A stretch of DNA of 63,863 nt, the filler included, from Octopus bimaculoides (Eukaryota): the NCBI RefSeq assembly GCF_001194135.2. It is 6 parts of 5 records of this genome, joined end to end, with 100 filler letters (N's around TTAATTAATTAA, not from the genome) between each part and the next. Parts side by side here need not be neighbours in the genome. Positions count along the whole stretch, not along the records: positions 1 to 19,040 come from NC_068982.1; positions 19,141 to 26,991 come from NC_068987.1; 4 more parts are not named here. One strand, written 5' to 3'. The position numbers and the translations under genes are program-made. Shown here piece after piece: positions 12,620-25,179 of this stretch (position 1 is its first letter; each line of letters opens with the position of its first letter). The notes under the pieces were generated by a model. It did no database searches. It saw only the letters and a list, made by a program, of their open reading frames with translations, and was not told the DNA's origin.

Positions 12620-12800
12620 TGCTCGAAATGAGGAGTAGATAAACAGCCGACAACTGATGAAGGGTCGTTTCTCTGTGTTTACTTGTCCTGTTTTCCACTT
12701 TTTTCTCTCGTTGTTTACGTATTTAACTCGTTTGTCTACGTATTTCATGATGTTGTGTACACAGTCGGTAATGTTCTGTACCCAAATATGCATATGTATA
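12620..12800 (+). mobile_element. PLE 3' tail homologous to 6845-7015
   Basis: Shares AACTGATGAAGGG at the start and TGTTCTGTACCCAAATATGCAT at the end with the tail of the 6845-7390 element. Confidence 0.6.
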
Positions 12801-14778
12801 NNNNNNNNNNNNNNNNNNNNNNNNNNNNNNNNNNNNNNNNNNNNNNNNNNNNNNNNNNNNNNNNNNNNNNNNNNNNNNNNNNNNNNNNNNNNNNNNNNNN
12901 NNNNNNNNNNNNNNNNNNNNNNNNNNNNNNNNNNNNNNNNNNNNNNNNNNNNNNNNNNNNNNNNNNNNNNNNNNNNNNNNNNNNNNNNNNNNNNNNNNNN
13001 NNNNNNNNNNNNNNNNNNNNNNNNNNNNNNNNNNNNNNNNNNNNNNNNNNNNNNNNNNNNNNNNNNNNNNNNNNNNNNNNNNNNNNNNNNNNNNNNNNNN
13101 NNNNNNNNNNNNNNNNNNNNNNNNNNNNNNNNNNNNNNNNNNNNNNNNNNNNNNNNNNNNNNNNNNNNNNNNNNNNNNNNNNNNNNNNNNNNNNNNNNNN
13201 NNNNNNNNNNNNNNNNNNNNNNNNNNNNNNNNNNNNNNNNNNNNNNNNNNNNNNNNNNNNNNNNNNNNNNNNNNNNNNNNNNNNNNNNNNNNNNNNNNNN
13301 NNNNNNNNNNNNNNNNNNNNNNNNNNNNNNNNNNNNNNNNNNNNNNNNNNNNNNNNNNNNNNNNNNNNNNNNNNNNNNNNNNNNNNNNNNNNNNNNNNNN
13401 NNNNNNNNNNNNNNNNNNNNNNNNNNNNNNNNNACACACACACACATATATATAATACAAAATGAGACAAGAACGCAAAACATCCAGATAGACGATACAA
13501 AGAAAATAAGGACGGGTCATTCGAAGTTTTCTTTCCTCAGTCGAGTACCAGATTATTGTCGCAATTTCGTCGAGTATAATCAGCCGAAATTGTGAGGTCA
13601 AGCTTGGCGACATATATGTGTGTGTGTGTGTGCATATACTCTTTCTGACAAACGCCGACTCTAAACGCCTTCTTGCTTAGCCTTTCTCGTATTCTTTCTT
13701 CTTTTTTTTTCTTTTATATTTGTGCGTTGAAAGTCGCGCGGGAGTGGTAGAACAATAGTGATGACAGAGACAACAACAACAACATAAACAACGATGACAG
13801 CATTGACAGTAACACCAACAGATCTAAAGTTAGAAAAGAATAATAAAGAATGTAAGGAGTGTTAGGGAAAGTAGATTAAAGGAAGTATCAGTGGTGGGGT
13901 AAGGTTGGTACAACATGTAGAGATCAAGATTAATTAAATTAATTAATGTTTACTAATTAAAGACAACCAAATTGCTTTTTTAAAATTTTAGATGATATAC
14001 CTACCACATCTCCTCTCGTGCTTAATCTCCTCTATTGTGTTTAATCCCTAGAGTCTCCTCTGAAACAGATTATCCTGAAATAATCCACCCGAAGTACAAA
14101 TTTGTGGATTTCTCACTTCTGCTTTTGACTTTCCTCCAAATGTTCATAGTAAAGATCGATAATATCGATCTTGTTAACCTGATAGACACAGCATATGTCA
14201 TTCATAGTCGGCATACTGACTCGGAAGATTGATTGTTGCCTCCCTGCAGACTATTTCCCTTCTTCATTTGGAGTCGGTTTCAATTTCCGCTAGGTGCTAT
14301 TTTTCCATCTCTCAATGATAAGAAAGTTTCAAAAAATCTCACAAGTTGTCTTGTATGATATTTCTTTTACCTTTCTTCGCTTTTTTTGTTATCCAAATAC
14401 AGGCCACTGGTCACTCTGCATTATTTCTCTTAGTTCAAATCTTAATTATGCACATTATCTTAGGCCATAAATGTTTTTCTTTCTTCTTCGTTATGTCACA
14501 CTACGGGTCAAGCTATAACAAAGCTGTGCTGAAGACACTCATTGAGGGAGAAACATCTATTTACAAGTATCGTCTTGTATCTAGATATAAAGAAAGATTC
14601 TTTTCTTTGGTGATTTGTTATTCTATAAGATTGGTTGCTGATTTCTTGAGGCTATCTCACTTTTCTCATTCCAATTCGGTTGCAATTACCGCTACGTGTT
14701 TGCTTAACTTCCCTAGAAGGGAAGATAACTTCAATAAACCAAGAATTCATCTTGGATTTAGAATTCCTTTCTTGTTAT

Positions 14779-14836
<58 letters not shown>

Positions 14837-15299
14837 TTATTAAAAGAGTTCCAACTCTGTCTGTTTTTTATGTTTTATTTATATTCTTGTAAAATTAATG
14901 TGGGATATAGAATATGGAATATATAATATATAATATAAAAATGGATGGTACAATGAAATGAAGTATTGAATGTCTTATTGAATATATGCAATATGTCTTA
15001 TTGAATATATGAAATATTGAGTGTTCAATATAAAGGATTAAATATATAAAGGCGAATACGTATTTTCAATACCTTTTGGTATTTCTTCATTGCCGGTATC
15101 TGACAGACTGTAACAGATATGCACACACACACACATATATATACTCATACATACATACATACATACATACATACATACAGATATATTTATTAATGTTCGT
15201 TTTTATCTCATAACAGAAACAATTTTACATTAAATTGAAGGATTTATCAATATATTTGCTAGAGTGCAAATTTATTATTCTTTAACAATAATAGTACTG

Positions 15300-15344
15300 A
15301 CAGTGACTTCGAAGTTTCTGCCATCAGTGCCATCATCGGACTGT
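15300..15344 (-). ncRNA. Type I hammerhead ribozyme motif (variant core)
   Basis: Minus strand ACAGT-CCGATGA-TGGCA(CTGA)TGGCA-GAAAC-TTCGAA-GTC-ACTGT: 5-bp stem I, palindromic stem III ACTTCGAAGT, GUC cleavage triplet. Deviations: U4->C, U-A at 10.1/11.1, one G.G mismatch in stem II. Confidence 0.75.
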
Positions 15345-15835
15345 AATGCATTTAAGCTCATCATGACTTTATATAGTCCCTGTTAAGTTAAAATTTTGTA
15401 GGGTAAAACGTGTCCCGTTGAATGATAATTAGGTTGTATGGTAGGTCGTGGCAGCAAGATGTTATGAAGAATCTTTATTAAATTTGGAAAAGTGCTCATT
15501 GTTAGAATTTATCCATGCGTTAGTTGTGTATGTTTAGGTGTGTCTACTTCAAGTCGTAGGTGTTCACAGTTTTGTTGTTGTTGGTTTTATTTAGACATTA
15601 ATAGGACATTTAACTTTTGTTTTGAGAATGTGAAAGGTTAAATCTTAGAGTTCAGTCCACTGTTTTCACCTATGTATTTATATGTGTTACTTGGTATGTG
15701 AACTTTTAGGGGATTGGTATTTAAGGCTAATACTATTTACGGTCTTTATACCAGTCTATATTGGGAGGGTGTTGGTTATCATTTAAGCGTGTTACAGCTT
15801 TGGAAACTTTGTTAATCAAATGTTTTAATGTCCAC
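15345..15835 (-). mobile_element. Highly decayed PLE-like 3' region upstream of the hammerhead
   Basis: Weak translation ending ...TKF*LNRDY (cf. KFKPxLN at PLE endonuclease ends) just before the ribozyme motif; many stops. Confidence 0.4.
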
Positions 15836-15869
15836 AAGAGTATATATATATATATATAAGAGAGAGAGG

Positions 15870-17070
15870 GAAGGGTTGGTCCCTCCAATACGAGTATTGA
15901 TATTGATTCCTCCTCTTGGACGAAAATTTGAACCATTAACGCCGGTGGCGAATGTGGCTAACGAGGCCAATCTCTGCGTAGAACACGCGATTGCTTGGGC
16001 CACATGTGAATGTCGGAGTGGATCGTGGTTACTGCTGTTTGACCTTTCGTTACTGTTGTTTTTCCTCCTCTTTTCTTAGTCTTTCTTTTTCAAGCAATGT
16101 TACATTATTGTTTATGTTTTGTATTAAGCCGGGACGGTTGGTTACGTCTCAAAAGACAGAAAGTCGAAGCCAGTCTGCATCAGAGTTGACTTTATCTGAC
16201 CTTTGTAGCGTGGACGAGGCATCTCTTTGTCTTTTCCTGAAGAGGAATTGGGGAGGAAGTTGTTCATCGTTCATCCTGGCGACATGGCCGGCCCATCGAA
16301 GGCGATGTTTGAGGATTAGGTTCTCAATGCTCTGGCTATTCGCTCTTTCCATCACGGAGTTATTGGGGACATAGTCAAACCACATGATGTTCAAGAGTGG
16401 GCGAAATCTCAGTTTTTTGATGTCGCAACGATACAAAGTTCAAGTTTCACAAACATATAAAAGCGTTGATAGCCCATACAGCCTGGTAGACCATAATTAT
16501 CGTCTTCAAGGTTAGGTCTTTGTTTTTGAATACACGTTTTGTTAGTTTACTGAAAGCTGAGTAAGCCGATTCGATTCTTCATTCCAATCTTGCACAGAAT
16601 TGCATTCAGTTGAGAGCATACTTCCAAGGTATGCAAAATGACTAACTTACTCCAGCGATGGGCCCGAAATAACGATGTTAAAGTCCGGAAGGACAGGATT
16701 CGGGGCTGGCTGGGCGAGGACTTAAGTTGTTTTACTATTTACAGCGAGGCTAAAATGTTGATATGCCCTGGTGAAATGATTGACAGCTAGCTGCAGTTTT
16801 AACCGTGAGTGACGGAATGCCACGTTGACTTCGGCGAACTGAATATCTGAGATTCGCTGGGTGCTGGTGAGATTCTTTGACCGAAACCTCGCCAAGTTGA
16901 AGAAACCGTCGTCAAACCGATATCTGATATTCACTTCCTGGTCGATCCGGAGGAAGCCCATGGATCATTGCAACAAGATGTATGAGATAAAAACAAAGGA
17001 GCAAGAACGCAACCTTGTTGCAGTCCACTGGGAATTACATGTGGATTGAAACAAGATTCTTCTCCCCTAT
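15870..17070 (-). mobile_element. 5'-truncated RTE (BovB/Expander-like) LINE
   Basis: GLQQGCVLAPLF, RYRFDDGFFNLARFRSK...DIQFA, LILKHRLRWAGHVARM, and terminal finger PTFTCG..RVFYAEIGLVSHIRHRR*; frameshifted. Confidence 0.93.
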
Positions 17071-17169
17071 ATATGTGTGTGTGTCTGTGTGTGTGTGCGT
17101 ACGTGCATGCGTGCATGTGTATGTATTTCTATATTTATATATATACGTATACACACGCGTGCGCACATA

Positions 17170-17905
17170 TACCGCACAACTGTAGAAAGTCCGTTCATTG
17201 GCTGAAAATTTGGAAAAGTTAATCGAGATATTCTTAATCAATCGATGATATACCTGGGGTAGCATGATTGTCCATGAACGTAATAGATCTCACGTTAAGT
17301 TTATGGTACAATTAATATAATCCTAAATCAAGATCTAGTGTTACATTTGAAAAATTAACTCTTTTGTTGCATTTGTGGAATATAAAGAGACTGAAAGTTC
17401 CGGACAAGAAAATGAAGGTGTTTTCTAAGCCTTTCCAAATGAAGAGAGGAACATTCCGAAGTGATCAAAAGAACGTCATCCCTATAGAGTACCCGCTCCT
17501 AGATTAAGAAATCACTATATCAATTTGTTGAATATGTATGAATCTACAAAGTTTCTAATCTCGACGGAATCTAATGACTTTCATAACCAAGTCGAACTTA
17601 ACAGCCCTACACCCATGATCTCTCTGGAAAAAAAATTATGTCCTTCTAGCTAACAGTATGGCCTTTTGATTAATGTGGGAGAAATCAACGAGTTGAAATT
17701 CTCTATGTCGAACAGTATGAACGAAATATTCTTATGCCGAAGTTGTTCAAACCAGAATATCACCTTCCCTGGTACCTTATCATAGGTTGTTCAGGCCTAT
17801 ATTTTTCTTAACTTTGGTTATCACCTCATCTAAAACATTCTTACTGATACAGCCGATACCTGATTTCGAGGACCAAATGAGCTTAATTGAGGGGTTAAAA
17901 AAGAA
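17170..17905 (-). mobile_element. PLE reverse transcriptase fragment (palm + thumb)
   Basis: SKSGIGCISKNVLDEVI..., IFWFEQLRHKNISFILFDIENF, LYRDDVL (about 17470-17490), VNFSNVTLDLDLGLY, RLIKNISINFSKFSANERTF. Confidence 0.85.
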
Positions 17906-18034
17906 ATCCCACTTACGACCCCTAAGATAGAACTGAGAGATCTGAAGTTCTAGAGGCTCAGTTCTGTCAGCAACCTAGAGCCTGCTTATTAAAGAATGTG
18001 CGTTGTCATTGAGTATCCGGCTTCGCCTTCCTAG

Positions 18035-18270
18035 AGTTCTTGGATAGGAATAGTTTAAACTTTTTAGACATTACATGGGATCTAAATTTTGGATCGTGTT
18101 ATCCGTGCCACAAACCCAACAAGAAACTCCGTTACATACAAAGACTATCAGGCCACCCCAAGTATGTTGTTGATGGATTAGTTAAGAATACCGCAATTAA
18201 GGTTTGCAGACTTGCCGCCAATGAACAGATTTTTTTGCGATAATGCGGAATACGATAATGAGGCTCATAC
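18035..18270 (+). mobile_element. PLE RT thumb-domain fragment (related subfamily, opposite strand)
   Basis: SLNFLDITWDLNFGSCYPCHKPNKKLRYIQRLSGHPKYVVDGLVKNTAIKVCRLAANEQIF matches the PLE pattern NFLDVT.DL..G.Y.PY.KPN...YI...SNHP. Confidence 0.85.
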
Positions 18271-19040
18271 GAGGATGTATATATGTGTACATTCACATAC
18301 ATTCCATGTAGGTACATATATTTAAGTGTATGTGTGTGCATGCACGCGATAATAATGTGAGTGTCTGTCTAGATTTGCATGTCTATGCTGGTATGTTTGT
18401 ATGTAGACGAATATATTAGAATGTCTATATATGGAGTGTGAATAAGTGCATGTGTATGTATGTGTGAATGCGTGCTTGCGTGTGCTCGTGTGTGAATACA
18501 TACATGTGTAATATATATATCTATATATACTTGATATATACATATTTACACCCACAAATACATATAATACGTTTGTGTATTTGTGGGTGGATGTGCATAT
18601 TTGTAGGTGTTTATGTATGAGAATATGCATTACGTATATATAAATATGTAATGCATACACGTATATTTGCTCATACTCGTACACATATAGATATATACTG
18701 TGTGCCCATGTATGCACATGTGTATATCTAGATGAATATGTATGCATATAAATACGAAAAAGAGTAGTACACACACATATATGTGTGTGTATATATCTAT
18801 TCACACACATACGATCAAATATGCATGTACATAATATATGAATATGTGTGTATGTTGTGCCTGTTGGGGTGGGGGGGATGTATATGTTTGTGTGTGTATA
18901 TATTGAATGTACTTTATATGTGTATATATTTAAATATATATATGTACATATATATGTTCGTACACAAAAAAATACCTACTCTGCGTATGTTTACGTGCAT
19001 GTATGTATGTATGTGTGTGACTATATATATATATATATAT

Positions 19041-19140
19041 NNNNNNNNNNNNNNNNNNNNNNNNNNNNNNNNNNNNNNNNNNNNTTAATTAATTAANNNN
19101 NNNNNNNNNNNNNNNNNNNNNNNNNNNNNNNNNNNNNNNN
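19041..19140. other. Artificial 100-bp scaffold-join spacer N44-TTAATTAATTAA-N44 (also 26992-27091, 49326-49425, 60609-60708, 62615-62714)
   Basis: Identical 12-mer with stops in all six frames, centred in five gaps of identical size. Confidence 0.97.
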
Positions 19141-19203
19141 CCTCCTTTCTATCTTCGTCGTTCACCGAACAGTTCCAGCCTCAATCCCTCTCTTACCTAC
19201 TCT

Positions 19204-19235
<32 letters not shown>

Positions 19236-19424
19236 CCTCTCTCTCTCTATCTATCTATCTCTCTCCATCGTCTATCAGTTGGACAGGGTGGGAAATATCG
19301 TCGCATATTCCACATGAAACTACAACAAACACCCACTTCATTCACCATCAACACAACGCATACTTTAACTTTGCAGCCTCTCCACTCCCTCTTTTCCTCC
19401 ATTTGTTTGTGTACAATATGTGTA

Positions 19425-19463
<39 letters not shown>

Positions 19464-19872
19464 GTGTTTGTTTATACGTATGTGTATATCTATGTATGTG
19501 TGCTGCTTTGTCTTTTTTTCACAATTCTCCTTGATCTGTTTCTGATATGTATATGTATNNNNNNNNNNNNNNNNNNNNNNNNNNNNNNNNNNNNNNNNNN
19601 NNNNNNNNNNNNNNNNNNNNNNNNNNNNNNNNNNNNNNNNNNNNNNNNNNNNNNNNNNNNNNNNNNNNNNNNNNNNNNNNNNNNNNNNNNNNNNNNNNNN
19701 NNNNNNNNNNNNNNNNNNNNNNNNNNNNNNNNNNNNNNNNNNNNNNNNNNNNNNNNNNNNNNNNNNNNNNNNNNNNNNNNNNNNNNNNNNNNNNNNTATA
19801 TATATACATATATATATACATGCATACATACATACATATATACATACATATACACTTATATATGTATATATG

Positions 19873-19905
<33 letters not shown>

Positions 19906-20721
19906 ACATATATATATGTACATAGGAATACATACACTTTTAAATCACACGCACACATACACACACGCAGATACACACATACACACATACACGCATACAC
20001 ACGTATGTATAGAGATGAATGCATGTATGTATATTAAAAATCCTGAAACATCTTTGTATATCACAGGGTATTTATACATTTTTTTTTATACGATTCATTT
20101 CCCTTTCATTGAGCATATCCCCCGACCTTCCCTCATCGCTTTCCACAATTTATTTTCAGTATAACTATGAATTACTTATCTATATAATTTACATGGGAAT
20201 GTGTGTGTGTTCGCGTGTGTGTACGCCAGAGAGTGTGTGATTATTTACTGTCTACAATACATCTGTATATTCGGGCTTTATCATTTTATCATGGGTTTAT
20301 TTTATTTTTTGTGTTCCCAGCAGTTTCTTTGGAGCTATAAAATTATAAACGTTTCTAAACTTTTGTAGTCTCAACTTCAATATGAAGTGCTTTTGGCGTA
20401 TGTTGCTGCCTTTTTCTATATGTCTGCGTCAATACGATTAATATAGGTGTAATCAAAGAAATTTGAATTTTAACCGTCAGATTTCTAAATCATTCGTCAG
20501 TTGTATATTTCTGTGTGTGGCTGATATATGTTACCTGCCTGTTTACCTTGACGTTCTGCTGTGCTGCACTCATTTCTAGCATCATTAATTATGCATTTTT
20601 TGTGGGTAATTCTGGACGAGTTACATACGGCAATATAGCGTGAAATATATATTGGAGAACACATCTATTATGACTGCACTAACAGTATATAACGTACATA
20701 TACTATCTTTTTTCTCTTCTA

Positions 20722-20885
20722 GATTTCAGTCATTGGACTGTAGTCTAACGGGTGGCACCCCTTTCAAGAAGTTTACACGAACAAATCAACCCAATACATA
20801 TCGTTTTAACACCTGGTACTTATTCAATGATTCACTTTTTTACTGAATTACTAAGTTACGATGACGTAACCAAAACATACACAAA
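20722..20885 (-). mobile_element. Diverged SINE family B 3' half
   Basis: TTTCAGTCATTGGACTG...GGCACC...CCTGGTACTTATTC...CTAAGTTACGATGACGTAA, homologous to 22430-22570. Confidence 0.65.
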
Positions 20886-20991
20886 CGCAAACACACACAA
20901 ACACACTTACACACACACTTATACACACATACACACACACACATATATATATACACGCACGCGCACGCACTCATACAAACATAAACACACT

Positions 20992-21417
20992 CGCTGTGTG
21001 GTAAGTAGCTTGCTTACCAACCACATGGGGCCGACGGAAACCACATGATAGACGGAAACTGGAAGAAGCCTGTCGTATATATATATATATATAGCAATGT
21101 TAATTCTCTAAATGAAGTATTAACAGTAACTGCACGATAAAGTGTAGTATATTGCCACTTAAGTGTGGCTGACCCCTAGGGGTGGATGTTACTGTTGCTT
21201 TTAGCCCCAGGNNNNNNNNNNNNNNNNNNNNNNNNNNNNNNNNNNNNNNNNNNNNNNNNNNNNNNNNNNNNNNNNNNNNNNNNNNNNNNNNNNNNNNNNN
21301 NNNNNNNNNNNNNNNNNNNNNNNNNNNNNNNNNNNNNNNNNNNNNNNNNNNNNNNNNNNNNNNNNNNNNNNNNNNNNNNNNNNNNNNNNNNNNNNNNNNN
21401 NNNNNNNNATATATATA

Positions 21418-21455
<38 letters not shown>

Positions 21456-21590
21456 TGTGTTTATGTGTCTGTGTTTTGTCCCTCCCACCATCGCTTGACA
21501 ACCGATATTGGTATATTTACGTCCCCGTAACTTAGTGGTTCGGCGCTCCAGCATGGCTGCGGTCAAATGACTGAAACAAATAAAAGAAAA
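20992..21590 (+). mobile_element. SINE family B copy split at its internal microsatellite by inserted sequence and a gap
   Basis: Head GCTGTGTGGTAAGTAGCTTGCTTACCAACCACATG...GACGGAAACTGGAAGAAGCC (20992-21075); tail TCGCTTGACAACCGAT...GTCCCCGTAACTTAG...CTCCAGCATGGCTGCGGTCAAATGACTGAAAC (21470-21590). Confidence 0.75.
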
Positions 21591-22180
21591 AAAACATTAC
21601 ACACACACACATGTATGTATATGCAACAGAGGTTGTTAAGAGACACCGATTGCCTAAGCACCAAGCTTTTAGAAAAAAGACTACAGGAGTCGATTCATTC
21701 GACAAAAAACGTCCTCGATGTGCTGCCCCAGAATGTCCGCAGCCTAATGGCTGAAACAAGTAAGAGATACCAGTTACAATTACTCCTAATACTGGGTCCA
21801 TCCCAATAAAATGGGAATCCAAGGGGTCTCAAGCCAAAAATGGTTGAGAAACAGTTTTTTGAGAGTAACCTTTATGCTCGGAGCCTGTTACTTGGGATTA
21901 GTCAACCGGAACAGCACGTGGTAAAGAACGCCAGCACGAGTTACGTTTCTTTTATATACAAATAGGGAATAGTTGGGTAGACTGAACAGGTGGTGCCTCG
22001 GCATGGCCACAATCTAATGAATGAAACAAGTAAAAGATAATAGAAAGGAAAGAGAAAATATCGATTGTACTCGTGTATAATGATAATTCTAATTTTAAAT
22101 GACGGTGAGGCTTTCATTGCTTTGCCTCTATCTCTTCACTTCTTTTCTTCACTATTAAGAGAGTAAGGAAAGAAAAGAAA

Positions 22181-22590
22181 GGCGTAGGAGTGGCTGCGTA
22201 GTAAGTAGCTTCCCTACCAACCACATGGTTCAGGGTTCAGTTCCACTGCGTGGCACCTTGGGCAAGTGTCTTCTACTATAGCCTCGGGCCGACCAAAGCC
22301 TTGTGAGTGGATTTGGTAGATGGAAACTGAAAGAAGCCCATCATATATATATATATATATACATGTGTGTGTGTGTGTGTGTTTGTGTGTGTGTTTTCCC
22401 CCCAACATCGCTTGACAACCGATGCTGGTGTGTTTACGTCCCCGTAACTTAGCGGTTCGGCAAAAGAGCCCGATAGAATAAGTACCAGGCTTACAAAGAA
22501 TAAGTCCTGGGGTTTATCTGCTCGACTAAAGGCGGTGCTCCAGCATGGCTACAGTCAAATGACTGAAACAAGTAAAAGAGTAAGAGTAAA
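22181..22590 (+). mobile_element. Full-length tRNA-derived CORE-like SINE (family B) with internal (TA)n(TG)n
   Basis: Box A TGGCTGCGTAGTAAG, box B GGGTTCAGTTCC, CORE-like GCACCTTGGGCAAGTGTCTT, internal microsatellite 22342-22392, tail (GTAAAAGA)n. More tails at 21620-21780, 21980-22050, 30080-30115, 32560-32620, 40220-40280. Confidence 0.88.
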
Positions 22591-23801
22591 CGGGTATGTA
22601 ATTCCTAAATATTTTCAATGAACACAGACGAACTAGTTTCTTGATGCCAAAGTAATGCTGTAGTGAGATGTTCAAATAAGAGCGAAATGACGTTATCTAC
22701 AACCATTAGGACACTCAAAATGAGAAGAAAAGAAAAAACGAATTTTTGGAAACATTATTTCATATGTTCTCGTACTGAAATGAAAAAGTCTTCTCAAAAG
22801 GAAATAGAAATGATAATTCCTGAGCAGTTCTACCCCTTAAAGGCAAACTTCACCTCCCCCACTAACACCAACAGTCGTCAAGTTACCCATAAAATACAGA
22901 ATTCATTCGTTGCCGACTACATATATATGGGTGTTCAATGCAGGGAGATACACTTAAAGCTACAAGAAAAATTGTTGAAAAAAAGGGAGTGGAGAAGAGA
23001 ATGAGTAAAGAGACGAGTGTTAAGAAACAAAGTATGCTCCCATATGTAACTGGTGAGTAATATGTAATAATATTTATATTATACAGAACGTTACAAAAAG
23101 CGGTCGACTTAGATTTTGAATGCCGTTAGAAAGATCGAGTTCTTTCTAGGAGTGTCTGGAATCTGAAGACAATAATCAAGGGAGATTATTCGAATAAGCT
23201 CAATTGAAATTTTATAAAAATACAGAAAATGCAGGATAAGAGTAGATCTGTTCTTCAAACTAACTCAAGAAAAACACATAAACGAAAAAGTACGTACATC
23301 TCATACGTATGTACGAATGGTTTGTATGTATGTATGTATGATTTTAAGTATGTATGTATGTATGTATGTATGTACGTATGTATGGTTAGGTTCCCCCGGT
23401 ATAATACACATAAATAAATAAAATGTATACAAAGGTAATTCGAAATAACAAGTAATTTAATTTATCTACATCTAAGCAATTTCGACAGTGATTATCGGTG
23501 GTTATGTGTACAGTCTAAATGATCAAACATAGTCTTTAATTAAAAATTAATGACCGCTGTGATAAACTCAATACACAGGAACACAAACTTACACACACGT
23601 ACACACATTCATACATAAGCACTGACACACACTTATCGTTTCAAAGTGTAGGTGTCAATAAAACCATTATATTTATGTATGTATATATATATACATACAT
23701 ACAAACATACATTATATATATATATGTGTGTGTGTATGTGTGTGTGTGTGTGTGTGCGTGTGTGTGTGTGTGTGTGTGTGCGTGTGTGTGCATGTGTGTG
23801 T

Positions 23802-23838
<37 letters not shown>

Positions 23839-24067
23839 TTACAATATTGATCGTATAAGACTTCACTTTTTAAGAGAGGACACATTTTTATTCGACTTCG
23901 GAATGATAAAAGGGACAATTGACCCCGGTGGAATTTGAACTCAAATCGTAAAAATAACTTTGTGTAAATAGAAATACTGGAACGTATTTTGTCTTGTACC
24001 TCAGCAGTATAGTTCTTTGGTTTCTAATACACGAACAAGAAGACACATTTCATGTCATATGTCGCTG

Positions 24068-24180
24068 GGCAAAAGGCTTAGTGACATTTCATCCGTCTTT
24101 TCATTCGGAAGCCAAATTCCGCTGAGGTCGACTTTGCTTTTCATCCTTTCGCGGTCGAAAAAAATAGTACCAGTCGAGGG
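24068..24180 (+). mobile_element. SINE family A fragment (others at 23880-24000 minus, 24510-24605 plus)
   Basis: AAATTCCGCTGAGGTCGACTTTGCTTTTCATCCTTTCGCGGTCGA...GTACCAGT. Confidence 0.75.
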
Positions 24181-24904
24181 CTATCAAAATCTGAAACCAA
24201 AATACGAACATGACCACACATCTTAGGTAATTTTATAGTCGATTATAACGATGGACGTACTTCATTGGTCAAAATGGGGAATCCATCCATGATATTTCGA
24301 GGGTGCACTCGCTGCATAGTAGTGAACCGCCGACGGAGATTCTACATGTTACTGAAACAGCAAATAAATCTCTACTGCTAATGAGCTAACGAGTGTGCCT
24401 CTGTGTAATTAATTGTAAGGCAGTAAGAGAAATACTGCATGATCAGTCAGCTAAAGTCTCCCCATTGGTAGTGCGTGGAAGGTACTGTATTCAAAGCGAC
24501 GTTTCTTTCCACTCATTACGCCCAGAGTTCAAAATCCACTGAGGTCGACTTTGCCTTTTATGATTTTTAAGGTTTGATAAAAACAGGAAGCGGTTGAACA
24601 CTGATTTTGAACCACGACTCCATTAAAATTTTTGAACTTGAACCGAAATTTTTAAACCATTGATAGCGAGAGTATAAGAGAGTCTCTGCATAAGAGTCAG
24701 ATATTAATGAACTCTGTACAAGAGACAATGAGTTTCTTTATGGATAATGCGTTGATGTGTCTCCGTCATCATGAATACAGACTTCGTTCCATTATCGTAC
24801 AATAATTTCTATATGATTGTAGATGGTGTTGAAGTTTTTACGTGACTGTGAGACGTCAAAAATACTTTTCACAATAGGAAGCCCACACATAATGAAAAGA
24901 CAGT

Positions 24905-25135
24905 TACAGGAGGCTCCATTCGATAATAGATAGTAAAGCTGCTTTCTGTTGGATACATGATTGTGGTTTCGATTCCTGGACTAGGCGATGCGTTGTGTTC
25001 TTGAGTAACACTTCATTTCACGTTGCTCCATTCCACTCAGCTGGTAAATATGAGTAACCGTGCAAAAGACCGGCGTCTCATCTGTTAGGGAGGAATATGT
25101 ACGCCAGAGAAAGCGAGAAACCGCCCTATGCTTCT
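24905..25135 (+). mobile_element. Diverged tRNA-derived SINE family D
   Basis: GGTTTCGATTCCTGG box B, then GCGTTGTGTTCTTGAG..CACTTCATTTCACGTTGCTCCATTCCACTCAGCTGG; homologues at 26270-26452 (minus) and 34245-34338 (minus). Confidence 0.65.
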
Positions 25136-25179
25136 TACGCAATAATGTGGAGTAACCAAGGTAGTTTCTTCACGGTAGC

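Noticed and set aside
13510-13550. Hammerhead-like CTGAGGA-AAG(AAAA)CTT-CGAATGAC (minus); similar partial hits at 1995-2015, 20470-20500, 49190-49232, 53278-53315, 63130-63165
   Set aside because: Each lacks GAAA in register, the cleavage triplet or stem I.
14030-14780. Possible decayed LINE (and 40950-41410, 62770-63480)
   Set aside because: Complex sequence, but no diagnostic motif found by eye; left unassigned.
19085-19096. TTAATTAATTAA palindrome recurring five times (19085, 27036, 49370, 60653, 62659)
   Set aside because: Always centred between exactly 44 N on each side; an artificial scaffolding spacer, not biological.
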